A stretch of 64,000 bases of DNA, taken from IMG/VR virus record IMGVR_UViG_3300042879_006196, positions 283,393 to 347,392 of that record; one strand, 5' to 3'. Source of the stretch: a virus. The notes under the pieces are model-generated. The model made no database searches and had not been told where the DNA came from. It saw nothing but the letters and a program-made list of their open reading frames with translations. Below, piece after piece: positions 9,815 to 19,796 of the stretch (the first letter of the stretch is position 1; each line of letters starts with the position of its first letter). Position numbers and translations under genes: made by a program.

Positions 9815-10614
9815 TTACATATATAGAAGGCGGATTAGGCAACATGTTATTTCAACTTTGCTTCAGCTATGCTAAGGCAAAAGAAAATAACACGACATTT
9901 CATACATTGAATTATAGAGAAAATCTTGATATTATCAAGGATAAACATAAAGCTGATATTGAATCTTATGAAAAAACGATTCTCAGAAATTTCAGTATTT
10001 CTCCTCCTCCACTGCTGTATCAAGCACAAATTCAACATTTTTGCCCTTTTAATTTTGAAGAAATTCCTTATGAGCCAGATTGTTACAATTTGTATAAAGG
10101 GTATTTTCAATCAGAAAAGTATTTTGAAAAAAGCCAAGAAGATTTAGCACAAATTTTTCAACCAACCGAAGAAATCATTGACCACATGAAAGAAAAATAC
10201 CCTTTTCTTTTTACTTTAGATTGTGTGGCTTTGCACATTAGACGAGGAGATTATTTGCAATTACCAAATCATCATCCAATTGTTCCCACCGATCATTATC
10301 ATAAAGCATTAAAGAAACTTGGTGATTTTGAAAAAATCTTAGTGTTTACAAATGATATGGATTGGTGCTACAAGAATTTTGTAGAATCGCGAGCTATTTT
10401 CATTGAAGAGTCAGATTGGATGAGTTTATATCTTATGAGCTTTTGCACTAAGCATGTTATTGCTAATTCATCTTTTTCTTGGTGGGGTGCAAAATTAGCT
10501 GAGATGTTTTTCCCAGAAAAAAACATCGAAGTAGTTGCTCCTCCAGTGTGGTTTGGACCTGCTGTTGATGGCGATGAAAAAGATTTAGTTCCATCAAGAT
10601 GGATGAAAGTGTAA
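9808..10614 (+). CDS. GT11 alpha-1,2-fucosyltransferase
   Basis: GGLGNMLFQLCFSYAKAKE at the N-terminus and HIRRGDYL (the GT11 HxRRGD motif), plus the C-terminal block SFSWWGA. Confidence 0.8.
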   Translation: MVVTYIEGGLGNMLFQLCFSYAKAKENNTTFHTLNYRENLDIIKDKHKADIESYEKTILRNFSISPPPLLYQAQIQHFCPFNFEEIPYEPDCYNLYKGYFQSEKYFEKSQEDLAQIFQPTEEIIDHMKEKYPFLFTLDCVALHIRRGDYLQLPNHHPIVPTDHYHKALKKLGDFEKILVFTNDMDWCYKNFVESRAIFIEESDWMSLYLMSFCTKHVIANSSFSWWGAKLAEMFFPEKNIEVVAPPVWFGPAVDGDEKDLVPSRWMKV

Positions 10615-11258
10615 TGACTAAATTAGATTTGTTTAATAACACACATGTAATATCTTTAGCACATAGATTGGATAGAAGAAGTGTCATAGCTAAGCAATTT
10701 GAGTTATATCAAATTCCTTATTCTTTTTTTGATGCTATCAATGGACATGAATTAGATTATAATGGTCCGTTGTTAAAAGGCGAGGAGGGTGTAAGATTAT
10801 CACATATTGAGTTATTAAACAAATCAATCAAAAACAATGAAAAATCACTTTTTATTTTTGAAGATGATGTTGAGTTTTCAGAAAGCTTTAACGAAGATTT
10901 ACACAGAGCTTTAAATGTAGTTCCTGATAATTTTGATATGTTATATTTGGGGGCTTCACATCATCTAAAGCCAGAATTAGTAAAAGATAACTTATATAAA
11001 ATTTCACATTCTTACACCGCACATGCACTTTGTATAAAAAACAACCTTTTTGCACCACTCAGAGACACAATCTCAAACAATAAAAATTTACCAGTGGATG
11101 TAATTTATGCATTAGTTCAACCGCAAGTAAATGCATTTGCTATTTATCCACATCTTGCATGGCAATTCAACAGTTATTCAGACATACAAAACAAATTTGT
11201 TGATTATGAATTCCTTAAAAAAGAATTTGTTAGATTTGAAAATCAAACTATTCTTTGA
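10599..11258 (+). CDS. GT25-family glycosyltransferase
   Basis: THVISLAHRLDRRSVIAKQFELYQIPYSFFDAINGHE matches the GT25 N-terminal signature (VINL...RR...FFDAxDG). Confidence 0.6.
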   Translation: MDESVMTKLDLFNNTHVISLAHRLDRRSVIAKQFELYQIPYSFFDAINGHELDYNGPLLKGEEGVRLSHIELLNKSIKNNEKSLFIFEDDVEFSESFNEDLHRALNVVPDNFDMLYLGASHHLKPELVKDNLYKISHSYTAHALCIKNNLFAPLRDTISNNKNLPVDVIYALVQPQVNAFAIYPHLAWQFNSYSDIQNKFVDYEFLKKEFVRFENQTIL

Positions 11259-11878
11259 GCTTCCCAATTATGTTCTCTTGGCGCTAAATTCACAATATAT
11301 GTTGGAGAGTTCTGCATGAATTGGTATTGACACCCAGCATTTACGGCGTTCACAATAAATTCCCAATCATGACCATAATTTCTTGTGTGAGCTGGTAATT
11401 TTTTAACCATATCATTACTCACACATAATTCTGAATGCCCTATTTTGCTTGGGGCAAGCTCTGGAACTCTTAACTCAAGAATTCCATTACCTCTATCTAT
11501 ACTCGTGTTAAAAAGCCCAAAATCTTTTCCGCTTTTAGCAGACATCTCATAGTAAAGCTCAAAATGATTGTTGAAAATATTATCATCATTACTCAGAAAC
11601 ATAAAAAAATCACCAGTGCAATTTTTCATAGCGTAGTTAATTGCTTGACAAGAAGTGCCATCATGTGTGTCAAAGTTTTTAACAATCATTCTATCACCAA
11701 TAATTTTTTTAAAAAACGCAAAATCTTCACTTGCCACAATTTTATCAAAAACAGGGCATTTATCTCCTAAGAAAAAAAATTCATAGTCGTCTAAAGTTTG
11801 CAAACTTATAGAATTCAATAATCTAAGAGTAAGCATTTCTCTACCCCAACTTGGAAGAACTACACTTAATTTTGCCAT
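11243..11878 (-). CDS. GT2-family glycosyltransferase
   Basis: LSVVLPSWGREMLTLRLLNSISLQT resembles a GT-A N-terminal beta-strand followed by an acidic (DxD-like) region. Confidence 0.55.
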   Translation of the reverse strand: MAKLSVVLPSWGREMLTLRLLNSISLQTLDDYEFFFLGDKCPVFDKIVASEDFAFFKKIIGDRMIVKNFDTHDGTSCQAINYAMKNCTGDFFMFLSNDDNIFNNHFELYYEMSAKSGKDFGLFNTSIDRGNGILELRVPELAPSKIGHSELCVSNDMVKKLPAHTRNYGHDWEFIVNAVNAGCQYQFMQNSPTYIVNLAPREHNWEAQRIV

Positions 11879-11905
11879 TAAATTATTATACTGTAAAATA
11901 CATTC

Positions 11906-12841
11906 ATGATAAAACGAGAGTTCAAAAAAATTTTAGTTACAGGAGGGGCAGGATTTATTGGAAGTTATTTTGTTGATTTGTGCTTAGAAAAAAATATTTT
12001 TGTAATTAATTATGACGCATTAAAAACAGGAAGCATGCTTGAACATGGACCTCTTAAAAAACATCAAAATTATCATTTCATGCCATTTGATGTTTCAAAC
12101 CCACAATTAATTATTCCAGAAGACATTGAGGCAATTGTTCATTTTGCGGCTGAAACACATGTAGATAGAAGTGTAACAAACCCATTTTCATTTGTTCAAT
12201 CAAATGTTGTGGGGACATATAATCTTTTGGAAAAATGCAAAGACAAAAACATTTGGTTTCATTTAGTTTCTACTGATGAAGTGTATGGAGATATATGGGG
12301 AACAAAAAGGTCTACAGAAACTGATCCTATTAATTGCTCTTCTCCTTATTCTGCTACTAAGTCGGCCTCTGAGCAATTAGTTATTGCATATGGGCGCACC
12401 TATGGCTTAAAGTACACAATCACAAGAGGTTGCAACACTGTGGGTGGAAGACAGAACAACGAGAAATTAATTCCTAAATTTGTGTACAATGCTAAAAACA
12501 ATTTACCTTTGCCAGTTTATGGCAACGGAGAAGCAATTAGGCAGTACATTCATGTCACTGATCATGCAGAAGCAATTTACGCTGTTCTTACTAAAGGAAT
12601 GCTTAATAACATTTTTAATGTGGGCACAGATGCTAAGTTTTCAATTAATGAAATTGTTAATATCATAAAAGAATTTTATCCTAATTTAACTATCACAGAT
12701 AAAGAAAACAGACCTGGGCATGATCTGCGATATTGTATGAATTGTGGGCTCATTCAAGCCTGGGTAACATGGCAACCAAAAATAAAAGGCAAAGATATTA
12801 TTCTTAAATCTATTTCAGAATTGTGTAATTCTTACGTATAA
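11906..12841 (+). CDS. rmlB: dTDP-glucose 4,6-dehydratase-like NAD-dependent epimerase/dehydratase
   Basis: ILVTGGAGFIGS is the Rossmann GxxGxxG motif. YSATKSASEQL is the catalytic YxxxK. STDEVYG is conserved in 4,6-dehydratases. Confidence 0.8.
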   Translation: MIKREFKKILVTGGAGFIGSYFVDLCLEKNIFVINYDALKTGSMLEHGPLKKHQNYHFMPFDVSNPQLIIPEDIEAIVHFAAETHVDRSVTNPFSFVQSNVVGTYNLLEKCKDKNIWFHLVSTDEVYGDIWGTKRSTETDPINCSSPYSATKSASEQLVIAYGRTYGLKYTITRGCNTVGGRQNNEKLIPKFVYNAKNNLPLPVYGNGEAIRQYIHVTDHAEAIYAVLTKGMLNNIFNVGTDAKFSINEIVNIIKEFYPNLTITDKENRPGHDLRYCMNCGLIQAWVTWQPKIKGKDIILKSISELCNSYV

Positions 12842-12871
12842 TAAATATATCAATGAAAAAGGAGAAAAAAG

Positions 12872-13078
12872 ATGCAGACACAATTTTCAGGCTTAAGAGT
12901 TGGCTTAATGGTCAAAAACAAAAAAACATCCAAGAATTGGATGATAACAGATCTAATTACATCTTTTTCCTCTGTGAAAAAACAAATTCCTGACGAATTT
13001 AAGGTGCGTTTATCTAATGGTTCTGGAAAAACTTTAATCGTAACTGTTGATAATTTAAATAAAAACTACACCTGGTAA
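12872..13078 (+). CDS. Hypothetical small protein
   Basis: 68-aa ORF only. Confidence 0.25.
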   Translation: MQTQFSGLRVGLMVKNKKTSKNWMITDLITSFSSVKKQIPDEFKVRLSNGSGKTLIVTVDNLNKNYTW

Positions 13079-13084
13079 CCGCTT

Positions 13085-13483
13085 ATGCATTTAATAGACA
13101 AATCACATACAGAACATTTTAATTATTATGGTCCTTATCCCGCAAAACAAAAAACAAAAGATGGATATATATGGTATATGAATCGTGGGAATACTTATTT
13201 TTTAACTCATGATGGTTTAACTCGCAACATAGCTGATTTTTACTACAGAGAAGGTGGCTGGATACGTGAACCTATATCTGTCCAAGATTTAAGTGAAGCA
13301 AAATTTCCAGAAGGGTTTATATGCAAAGGCATTCCACCAGATTGTGCTAAAGGCACTCATACACAAGAATGGAATATTTTAGATTATCTTAACCATGAAT
13401 CAAGTACAGAGCTAATTGTTGATTTAATTATTACAGCACAAAAGATGATTAAAAATCAAGACAAAGAAACATCAAACATTTAA
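13085..13483 (+). CDS. Hypothetical protein
   Basis: 132-aa ORF. No motif. Confidence 0.3.
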   Translation: MHLIDKSHTEHFNYYGPYPAKQKTKDGYIWYMNRGNTYFLTHDGLTRNIADFYYREGGWIREPISVQDLSEAKFPEGFICKGIPPDCAKGTHTQEWNILDYLNHESSTELIVDLIITAQKMIKNQDKETSNI

Positions 13484-13557
13484 GTTTTCTCGTATAATAA
13501 TTATGTCAAAAAATTTTTCTTGTATTTGTTAAAATTTATTGATAATCGGTAAACATC

Positions 13558-14790
13558 ATGTCATTAATTGAAAAAGGAAAACTTAGAATTGAATGGGCAG
13601 CAAGAGAAATGCCTGTTCTTGAATCAATCTATCAAAAATTTCTCCAAGAACAACCTTTCACTGGGAAAAGTGTTGCTGCTTGTATGCATATCACCACTGA
13701 AACAGCAAATCTAATTAAAACTTTAGCTGCGGGAGGGGCTACAATTTATCTTTGTGCTTCCAATCCACTTTCTACACAAGATGACGTAGTTGAGGCTCTC
13801 AATTCTGAAGATAATATTCATGTATTTGCCAAACATGGTGATGACACTGAATCCTACTATTCTCATATCAAAAAAGTTTTGAGTTACAAGCCACATCTTG
13901 TTATGGATGATGGCTGCGATTTGGTCAATTATTTGTATACTCAAGAGCCACTTCTTTTAGAAAACGTAATTGGTGGAACCGAAGAAACTACTACAGGAGT
14001 TCAAAGACTCACTGCTATGGAAAAAGATGGCATTTTGAAATATCCAATTATTTGTGTTAATGATGCCCTCACAAAACATATGTTCGATAATCAGTATGGC
14101 ACAGGACAATCAACAATAGATGGTATTATACGTGCGACAAATATTCTTCTTGCTGGAAAAGTAGTGGTAGTGGCTGGGTATGGTTGGTGTGGAAAAGGTT
14201 TAGCTGCTAAAGCCAAAGGTATGGGCGCTAGAGTGGTTATTACTGAAGTGGATCCAATTAAAGCATTGCAAGCTCACATGGATGGATTTGATGTTTTAAC
14301 AATGGATGTAGCTTCTGCTTGTGGTGAAATATTCATTACTGTGACTGGTAACAAAAATGTTATTGACGTTAAACATTTCAAACAAATGAAAGATGGAGCA
14401 ATTTTATGCAATTCTGGTCATTTTGATTCTGAAATAAACATTAAAGGTTTAGAAGAATTTTCATTAAGCTTTAGACCTGTAAAAGATAATATAGAAGAAT
14501 ATACCTTAGAAGAAGGTAGAAAAATTTATGTACTTGGTGAAGGAAGGCTTGTAAATCTTGCGTGTGCAGAAGGACATCCGTCGTGCGTTATGGATATGTC
14601 TTTCGCTAACCAAGCTTTATGTGCACAATTTTTATGTGCAGATTCAAATTTGCAACCAGGCTTGTATACAGTGCCAGCGGATATTGATCAACTTGTTGCT
14701 GAACTTAAACTGCAATCCTTAGATTTGCAAATTGATGAACTTACTGAAGAGCAATTCAACTACATTAATAGCTGGCAAGAAGGCACTTAA
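13558..14790 (+). CDS. ahcY: S-adenosyl-L-homocysteine hydrolase (adenosylhomocysteinase)
   Basis: About 410 aa. EWAAREMPVL at the N-terminus, the NAD-binding VVVAGYGWCGKG motif, and HFDSEI/LVNLACAEGHPS are conserved AdoHcyase blocks. Confidence 0.9.
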   Translation: MSLIEKGKLRIEWAAREMPVLESIYQKFLQEQPFTGKSVAACMHITTETANLIKTLAAGGATIYLCASNPLSTQDDVVEALNSEDNIHVFAKHGDDTESYYSHIKKVLSYKPHLVMDDGCDLVNYLYTQEPLLLENVIGGTEETTTGVQRLTAMEKDGILKYPIICVNDALTKHMFDNQYGTGQSTIDGIIRATNILLAGKVVVVAGYGWCGKGLAAKAKGMGARVVITEVDPIKALQAHMDGFDVLTMDVASACGEIFITVTGNKNVIDVKHFKQMKDGAILCNSGHFDSEINIKGLEEFSLSFRPVKDNIEEYTLEEGRKIYVLGEGRLVNLACAEGHPSCVMDMSFANQALCAQFLCADSNLQPGLYTVPADIDQLVAELKLQSLDLQIDELTEEQFNYINSWQEGT

Positions 14791-14814
14791 TACAATACTA
14801 AAGAATAAAATATT

Positions 14815-15078
14815 ATGTCAGAATATCCGATTGTCACCTTACAAAATGAAGTAGAAGTACAAGCTGCTATTACCACAAACACTTTCAAGATTTTACAAGT
14901 CTTAGAAAATCCTGATGAAATGTGGGTAAATGCCTTTGTTTCTGGAGCTCCACAAAATTCATGGGTGTCTGTTTTAAATCCAGAAAATTACACTCATGAA
15001 TGGACAGATCAAACGGTAGTAGATGCTGTTACCTTATGGGCTGAAACTAATTTCCCTCCTGCTATAAAAAGATCATGA
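14815..15078 (+). CDS. Hypothetical small protein
   Basis: ORF in a run of short overlapping same-strand genes. Confidence 0.3.
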   Translation: MSEYPIVTLQNEVEVQAAITTNTFKILQVLENPDEMWVNAFVSGAPQNSWVSVLNPENYTHEWTDQTVVDAVTLWAETNFPPAIKRS

Positions 15079-15413
15079 CAAACCTTTACCATTTAAATAC
15101 AAAAAATTTTAGTACTCATTGTTTTGCTCATACTCCTGAGGAAGCTTTAGAGCACATTAAAGAAAATTGTAATTTTAGACCATGTTATTCATATGTAATC
15201 AAATTGGTAGAAGACGATACACTAAATGAAGATGGTGTTAGTTTTTTGAGAGAAAAGAATTTTATTGGTATACCAAAAGTAAAATTCTTTCTACTTAATG
15301 GCTCGGAAGCACATTGGTATGATCATTTTCACAATCAGAAAAAAACTCACTCTTTGTGGTGGTCTGAAAAAGTTCCTGGTTCAGAAAATCTTTGGAAGAA
15401 AGAAACCGTATAA
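15075..15413 (+). CDS. Hypothetical protein
   Basis: ORF overlapping the upstream stop as ATGA. Confidence 0.3.
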   Translation: MTNLYHLNTKNFSTHCFAHTPEEALEHIKENCNFRPCYSYVIKLVEDDTLNEDGVSFLREKNFIGIPKVKFFLLNGSEAHWYDHFHNQKKTHSLWWSEKVPGSENLWKKETV

Positions 15414-15419
15414 TTATTC

Positions 15420-15803
15420 ATGAATGTTAAAAAAGTGAAGTGGTTTACTGAAGAATTAGTAAAATCTAATCCAGATTGTGTATTTATTTTTGGTGACAAT
15501 CTTTTAAAAGTGGGTAAAGGTGGTCAAGCTATAATACGTGACCATTTCAACGCTTATGGAATTCCAACAAAAAAGCACCCTTCAATGTCACAAAATTCAT
15601 TTTTTTATGATAGTGAGTATGATGATAATTGCCAAATTATTTTATCTGCAATAGATAATATCCCAAAGAATTTTTCACAGATTGTGTTCCCTATAGATGG
15701 ACTGGGGACTGGACTTGCAAAACTTAATGTTACAGCTCCAAAAACATATAAATTTCTGATTGATACAATAAATAATAGATTCGGAGATATATATGAATAC
15801 TGA
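15420..15803 (+). CDS. Hypothetical protein with a conserved FIFGDNLLKVGKGGQA...YGIPTK block (unassigned family)
   Basis: 127-aa ORF. The motif resembles a small viral/bacterial family but cannot be named with confidence. Confidence 0.3.
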   Translation: MNVKKVKWFTEELVKSNPDCVFIFGDNLLKVGKGGQAIIRDHFNAYGIPTKKHPSMSQNSFFYDSEYDDNCQIILSAIDNIPKNFSQIVFPIDGLGTGLAKLNVTAPKTYKFLIDTINNRFGDIYEY

Positions 15804-16245
15804 TATGCGAGATAAACTGTGGGAATCATTCCCTGATTTAATTTTTTTTGATGGTCCAGTAAACGACACATCAATTGTTGGCTTAGCAATGATAGAAGAT
15901 GATGGGTACCACATTGTCACTGTTTATGACAAAGAAATGGTTTTAAGAGACCTAGTTAATTCTAGTGCTGCCGAATCAATAGAAGAAGCAGAGTTAGATG
16001 CAATTGAATGGTTTGATTTCAATATTATTGGCGCATATGTTGGGACATTCACTCCTCTTTTCATTTGTGAAGATTTAGATGAAGATTGTGCAGCTATGAG
16101 GTTTTCTGAAAGCTATAGTGATTATTTTAGCCTTAAAGATGTAAATACTTTACTTGAATGCTATGATTTAATTAATTCAACAAATAAATTTTTATTTGTT
16201 CCTTTGAATGATGCAAATAATTTAGCTGAATTTATAAAAATATGA
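15793..16245 (+). CDS. Hypothetical acidic protein
   Basis: 150-aa ORF overlapping its neighbours. Confidence 0.3.
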   Translation: MNTDMRDKLWESFPDLIFFDGPVNDTSIVGLAMIEDDGYHIVTVYDKEMVLRDLVNSSAAESIEEAELDAIEWFDFNIIGAYVGTFTPLFICEDLDEDCAAMRFSESYSDYFSLKDVNTLLECYDLINSTNKFLFVPLNDANNLAEFIKI

Positions 16246-16592
16246 AAGAAAGGTGGATTTTATATTTTGATGGTGCATGCCCTCTGTGTATCAAATCCCA
16301 AAATTCTTTGAAAAAGTATTTACCTGAACACATCAAACTCACTGCTGTAGATTTGAATAGTCAAATAGCTAAAAATAAAGGATATGATTTAAAACAGGTT
16401 GTGCTTGAGACTACAGAAGGTGTTTTCTTTGGGTACAATGCTTGGTTAAAGATTTTAGCCCAAACAAAATTTGCGTGGGCTACTTCTTTATTTTTCAGAC
16501 CGTGTTTTATTGTGTGTTATTTTTTAATATCAAAAAACAGAAAAATAATTTCAAAGTTTTTCATTAACTTTATCAAAAATTATACTTTTTAA
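16242..16592 (+). CDS. DCC-family thiol-disulfide oxidoreductase (DUF393)
   Basis: The N-terminal LYFDGACPLCIKS is the DUF393 F-D-G-x-C-x-x-C signature. Confidence 0.6.
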   Translation: MKERWILYFDGACPLCIKSQNSLKKYLPEHIKLTAVDLNSQIAKNKGYDLKQVVLETTEGVFFGYNAWLKILAQTKFAWATSLFFRPCFIVCYFLISKNRKIISKFFINFIKNYTF

Positions 16593-19055
16593 CTCGTCAT
16601 ATTTTTTACCTTGTTCAAGTTCTGGCAAAATATCTGAAAATTCACTTGAATTAATTACATCATACATCGCTTGTTCTTCTATTCCTCTAAGTTCTTGAGG
16701 CATATCACCTTGTGTTTTTAAATTATCATCTGTAGTTGGAGTGGGCACTCTTGGAAACAAATTTTCCGTATCTTCTGAATCAATAATTGTATCTGAAACT
16801 GGCATGTCATTTGCTAAGTTTCCTATTTCATCATCAATTAATTTTGTTGCTTCTGCTGATTCACTATCAGTATTTTCATCAAGTATATCTGCAATTCTTG
16901 AAAGTCGCACGATGTTTTTTAGAATATTTGCTTTTGTGATGTTGTACATTAATGTTTTATTCTCCAATAAATCAAAAGAACCTGTTTTTAAATTTTTACT
17001 CAAGTTAAAAGAAACCACTGTGTTTTCACAAAAAGTGAGTAGTTCTAATTCTTTATCATCTTTATTTTTGATATCATTGCACCACTGAATTATTTTTTCT
17101 AAATCATTATCTGATAATCTTAGTTGCTTGATACAATTTTTTAATTCGTTAATCTTTTGAAATTTAACTTTGAATGAAGGAGTACTTTGTCTCATTTTGT
17201 TTATTTCTTCTTTGAGAGAGCTTAGTTCTTGTTCATTTTCATTCAATGAATTGAGTTTAAATCTTATGTTTTTTTCTTGTTCAATTATAATTCTTTGCAG
17301 TTCTTGATTATAAATTGCATAATTTGATTCTCCAAGTACTGTTCTAATCAAATTAAGATATTTTGATTTCATTTCCTTTGGAGATAAATCAAAATAAAAA
17401 TTTCTCAACATAGATTTTATTTGATTTTTTTGATCTTTTATTGCTGGAAATGTTTTAGAAATTTTATCAATTACACTATCGTCAATCATCCAAGGTTTAG
17501 TTATTTTAATTGATTCTTCTAATATTTTTCTAGAAATTGCTGCATCCAGTTCTTTTTCTGTCGCAAGTATGAATGAAAGTGCACTAGATTTTATTTTTAT
17601 TTCAGCATTGTTAGGATTATTGATGTTTAAAAAATTGGATAAAAATTGTTTTTGTTCATCAGTTTGATTACATGATTTATACCAAGTGATTAATCTTCCC
17701 AAAGGGGTATCACGTTGTGGCGCTCTGTTTACCGTAAAAAGGATATTCTTTTTTGTTAATTCCTTTTGAATCATTTTTATAATTTCTTCTGGATTGTCGG
17801 TTTTTGGCTCAGTAAAATGTATTATGTTACAATTAATTGTTTTTGCGAAATTATCTTCTGCATTTACTTTGACTTTGTGTTTAAAATCATATTGAGCAAC
17901 TTTAAATTCATTTTTACTTAATGATTTATATTCATCAATGTTTGGGTTTTCAGATCTTTGTTGCAAAAAAGAATCAAATTTTCTTCGATCACTTTCACTT
18001 AAGGTGTATCCGAAATATTCACCAACAAGCATTATTTCCGTTTCAATTTCAGGAATTTCATTTTGTTTTATTTCATTCAAATCGCTTTTTAACACATCGC
18101 AAACCACAATGAAGTCAATTAAAAAGTATTCATAAATTGATTCTTCTGGTGATGGAATTTTCATTTTTGAGGGAATATATCTTATATTAAAAACTTCTTT
18201 TAAAGTAGATAAAACTTTTTTTTCTTTGAGTGATGAATATGTAAATTTAAATTTTTCTGGAAATTCTTCTACAAATAATTTATTTTCTTTTAATGGTTGA
18301 ATTCTTTCTTTCAAAAGTTTCAAATCTTCACCATATAAATCACACAAATATGCATAAAATTTTTCTTCATTTCTATCTGATTTATTATAGGCTGTATTTA
18401 GTTTTTGGAGTATTTTTGTATTATCATCTACCATAGAGCGATAGATTTGTTCAGGTGCTTCTTCAGACCAAAAATCAAAACCCAAGTCATTTAATTGTCT
18501 TTTAAAAGTTTCTTTTCCAAATTCAGTGTCAATTGTTTTTATTCGAGACATGTTTGTTTCTGAACTTCTTCCCAGCATCTCATTTAATTTATTTAGAACT
18601 TCAGATTTTTCCACTGACTTCATGTCTAATTTTTTTTCAAGATCTTCTCTGTTATATTTCACTGATAATTTTGCTAAAATTTCTTCAGGTAATTGACCAT
18701 TAATCAAAAATTTGTTCCACCATTGATCAGATTTATATTTAAAAACATTTTTTGACATTGTGCCAGCTAAATCTTTAATCTCGTCATCAGTGTAATTTTC
18801 TATGCCAGGTGTTTTATTTATTTTTTCTTTGACTTTTTCTTCTATTATTTTATTTCTTTCGAATCTTAAAAAATTTTGAATTATACTTAAATCAATATTG
18901 TTAATCAAATCATAAATAAAATTTTGTGTTATTGTAACTTTGTGTTCAATTATTTCTTTAAAAATTTCTTCTGTGATTACAGTAGCCCAATATTGTTTTT
19001 GAGCTTCGGTTAATTTTGTAGCTGCAAACAAAAGTTTATTTTTTATATCTAACAC
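16551..19055 (-). CDS. Large hypothetical protein (834 aa, Lys/Glu-rich)
   Basis: Long uninterrupted ORF with a GTG start at 19055 that overlaps the ACACAATCT motif. No known domain recognised. Confidence 0.5.
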   Translation of the reverse strand: MLDIKNKLLFAATKLTEAQKQYWATVITEEIFKEIIEHKVTITQNFIYDLINNIDLSIIQNFLRFERNKIIEEKVKEKINKTPGIENYTDDEIKDLAGTMSKNVFKYKSDQWWNKFLINGQLPEEILAKLSVKYNREDLEKKLDMKSVEKSEVLNKLNEMLGRSSETNMSRIKTIDTEFGKETFKRQLNDLGFDFWSEEAPEQIYRSMVDDNTKILQKLNTAYNKSDRNEEKFYAYLCDLYGEDLKLLKERIQPLKENKLFVEEFPEKFKFTYSSLKEKKVLSTLKEVFNIRYIPSKMKIPSPEESIYEYFLIDFIVVCDVLKSDLNEIKQNEIPEIETEIMLVGEYFGYTLSESDRRKFDSFLQQRSENPNIDEYKSLSKNEFKVAQYDFKHKVKVNAEDNFAKTINCNIIHFTEPKTDNPEEIIKMIQKELTKKNILFTVNRAPQRDTPLGRLITWYKSCNQTDEQKQFLSNFLNINNPNNAEIKIKSSALSFILATEKELDAAISRKILEESIKITKPWMIDDSVIDKISKTFPAIKDQKNQIKSMLRNFYFDLSPKEMKSKYLNLIRTVLGESNYAIYNQELQRIIIEQEKNIRFKLNSLNENEQELSSLKEEINKMRQSTPSFKVKFQKINELKNCIKQLRLSDNDLEKIIQWCNDIKNKDDKELELLTFCENTVVSFNLSKNLKTGSFDLLENKTLMYNITKANILKNIVRLSRIADILDENTDSESAEATKLIDDEIGNLANDMPVSDTIIDSEDTENLFPRVPTPTTDDNLKTQGDMPQELRGIEEQAMYDVINSSEFSDILPELEQGKKYDELKSIIFDKVNEKL

Positions 19056-19104
19056 AATCTTATTTTAAAAGAAATTTAATCAAAAACCTACCGTATATAT
19101 AATA

Positions 19105-19779
19105 ATGATTATAAGCTGTTCGTACAAAAAAAGAGTGGGCAAAGATACATTTTGCCGAATTGTTAAAGAACTTTATCCTGATAAGAAGGTGGAAAGAGTA
19201 GCTTTCGCTGATGAGCTCAAAAAAGAATTAGACACAATCTTACTTATACCTAATGGCTTATCAAGAAATATGTTTGAGGATGACAATGTAAAAGAAATTG
19301 CCAGACCTTTACTACAAGGATGGGGCACAATTCGTAGAGAGTTTTGTGATAAGAATTATTGGGTAAAACTGGCTTTTTGGAGAATGCAAGACCCAGACAC
19401 AATCTACATTATCACTGACGCAAGATATTTAAATGAAATCGAATTTATCAACTCTCAAGGTGGGCACACTGTTCATATTAAAAGGGATTTACACGGATAT
19501 AAGGCGTGGCTCAAAAGTCTTTCACATACTAAGTATTCTTGGGCTTCACACATTCTGCTCAGACCGTTTTTGATTGTGTTTTATCAGATTGTGTCTAGAA
19601 ATAAAAAGTTTTTGAGCAAATCTGCAGACCCATCATCTTCTCATTCTTCAGAAACTGAATTAGACAATTATCATCATTTGTTTAAATACACAATCGAGAA
19701 TAATGGAACAGAAGCTGAGTTCAAAGAAAAAATTAAAATAGTTGTAGAAGATATATTTAAGCAGGAAAAAAAAATTTAA
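19105..19779 (+). CDS. Phage-type dNMP-kinase-like P-loop N-terminus followed by a DCC/DUF393-like C-terminal fragment
   Basis: The N-terminus SCSYKKRVGKDT resembles the T4 gene-1 dNMP-kinase G-x-x-R-x-GKD loop. The C-terminus WLKSLSHTKYSWASHILLRPFLIVFYQIVSRNKKF is paralogous to the C-terminus of the 16242-16592 protein. Confidence 0.4.
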   Translation: MIISCSYKKRVGKDTFCRIVKELYPDKKVERVAFADELKKELDTILLIPNGLSRNMFEDDNVKEIARPLLQGWGTIRREFCDKNYWVKLAFWRMQDPDTIYIITDARYLNEIEFINSQGGHTVHIKRDLHGYKAWLKSLSHTKYSWASHILLRPFLIVFYQIVSRNKKFLSKSADPSSSHSSETELDNYHHLFKYTIENNGTEAEFKEKIKIVVEDIFKQEKKI

Positions 19780-19796
19780 ATACCTAAAAACAGATT

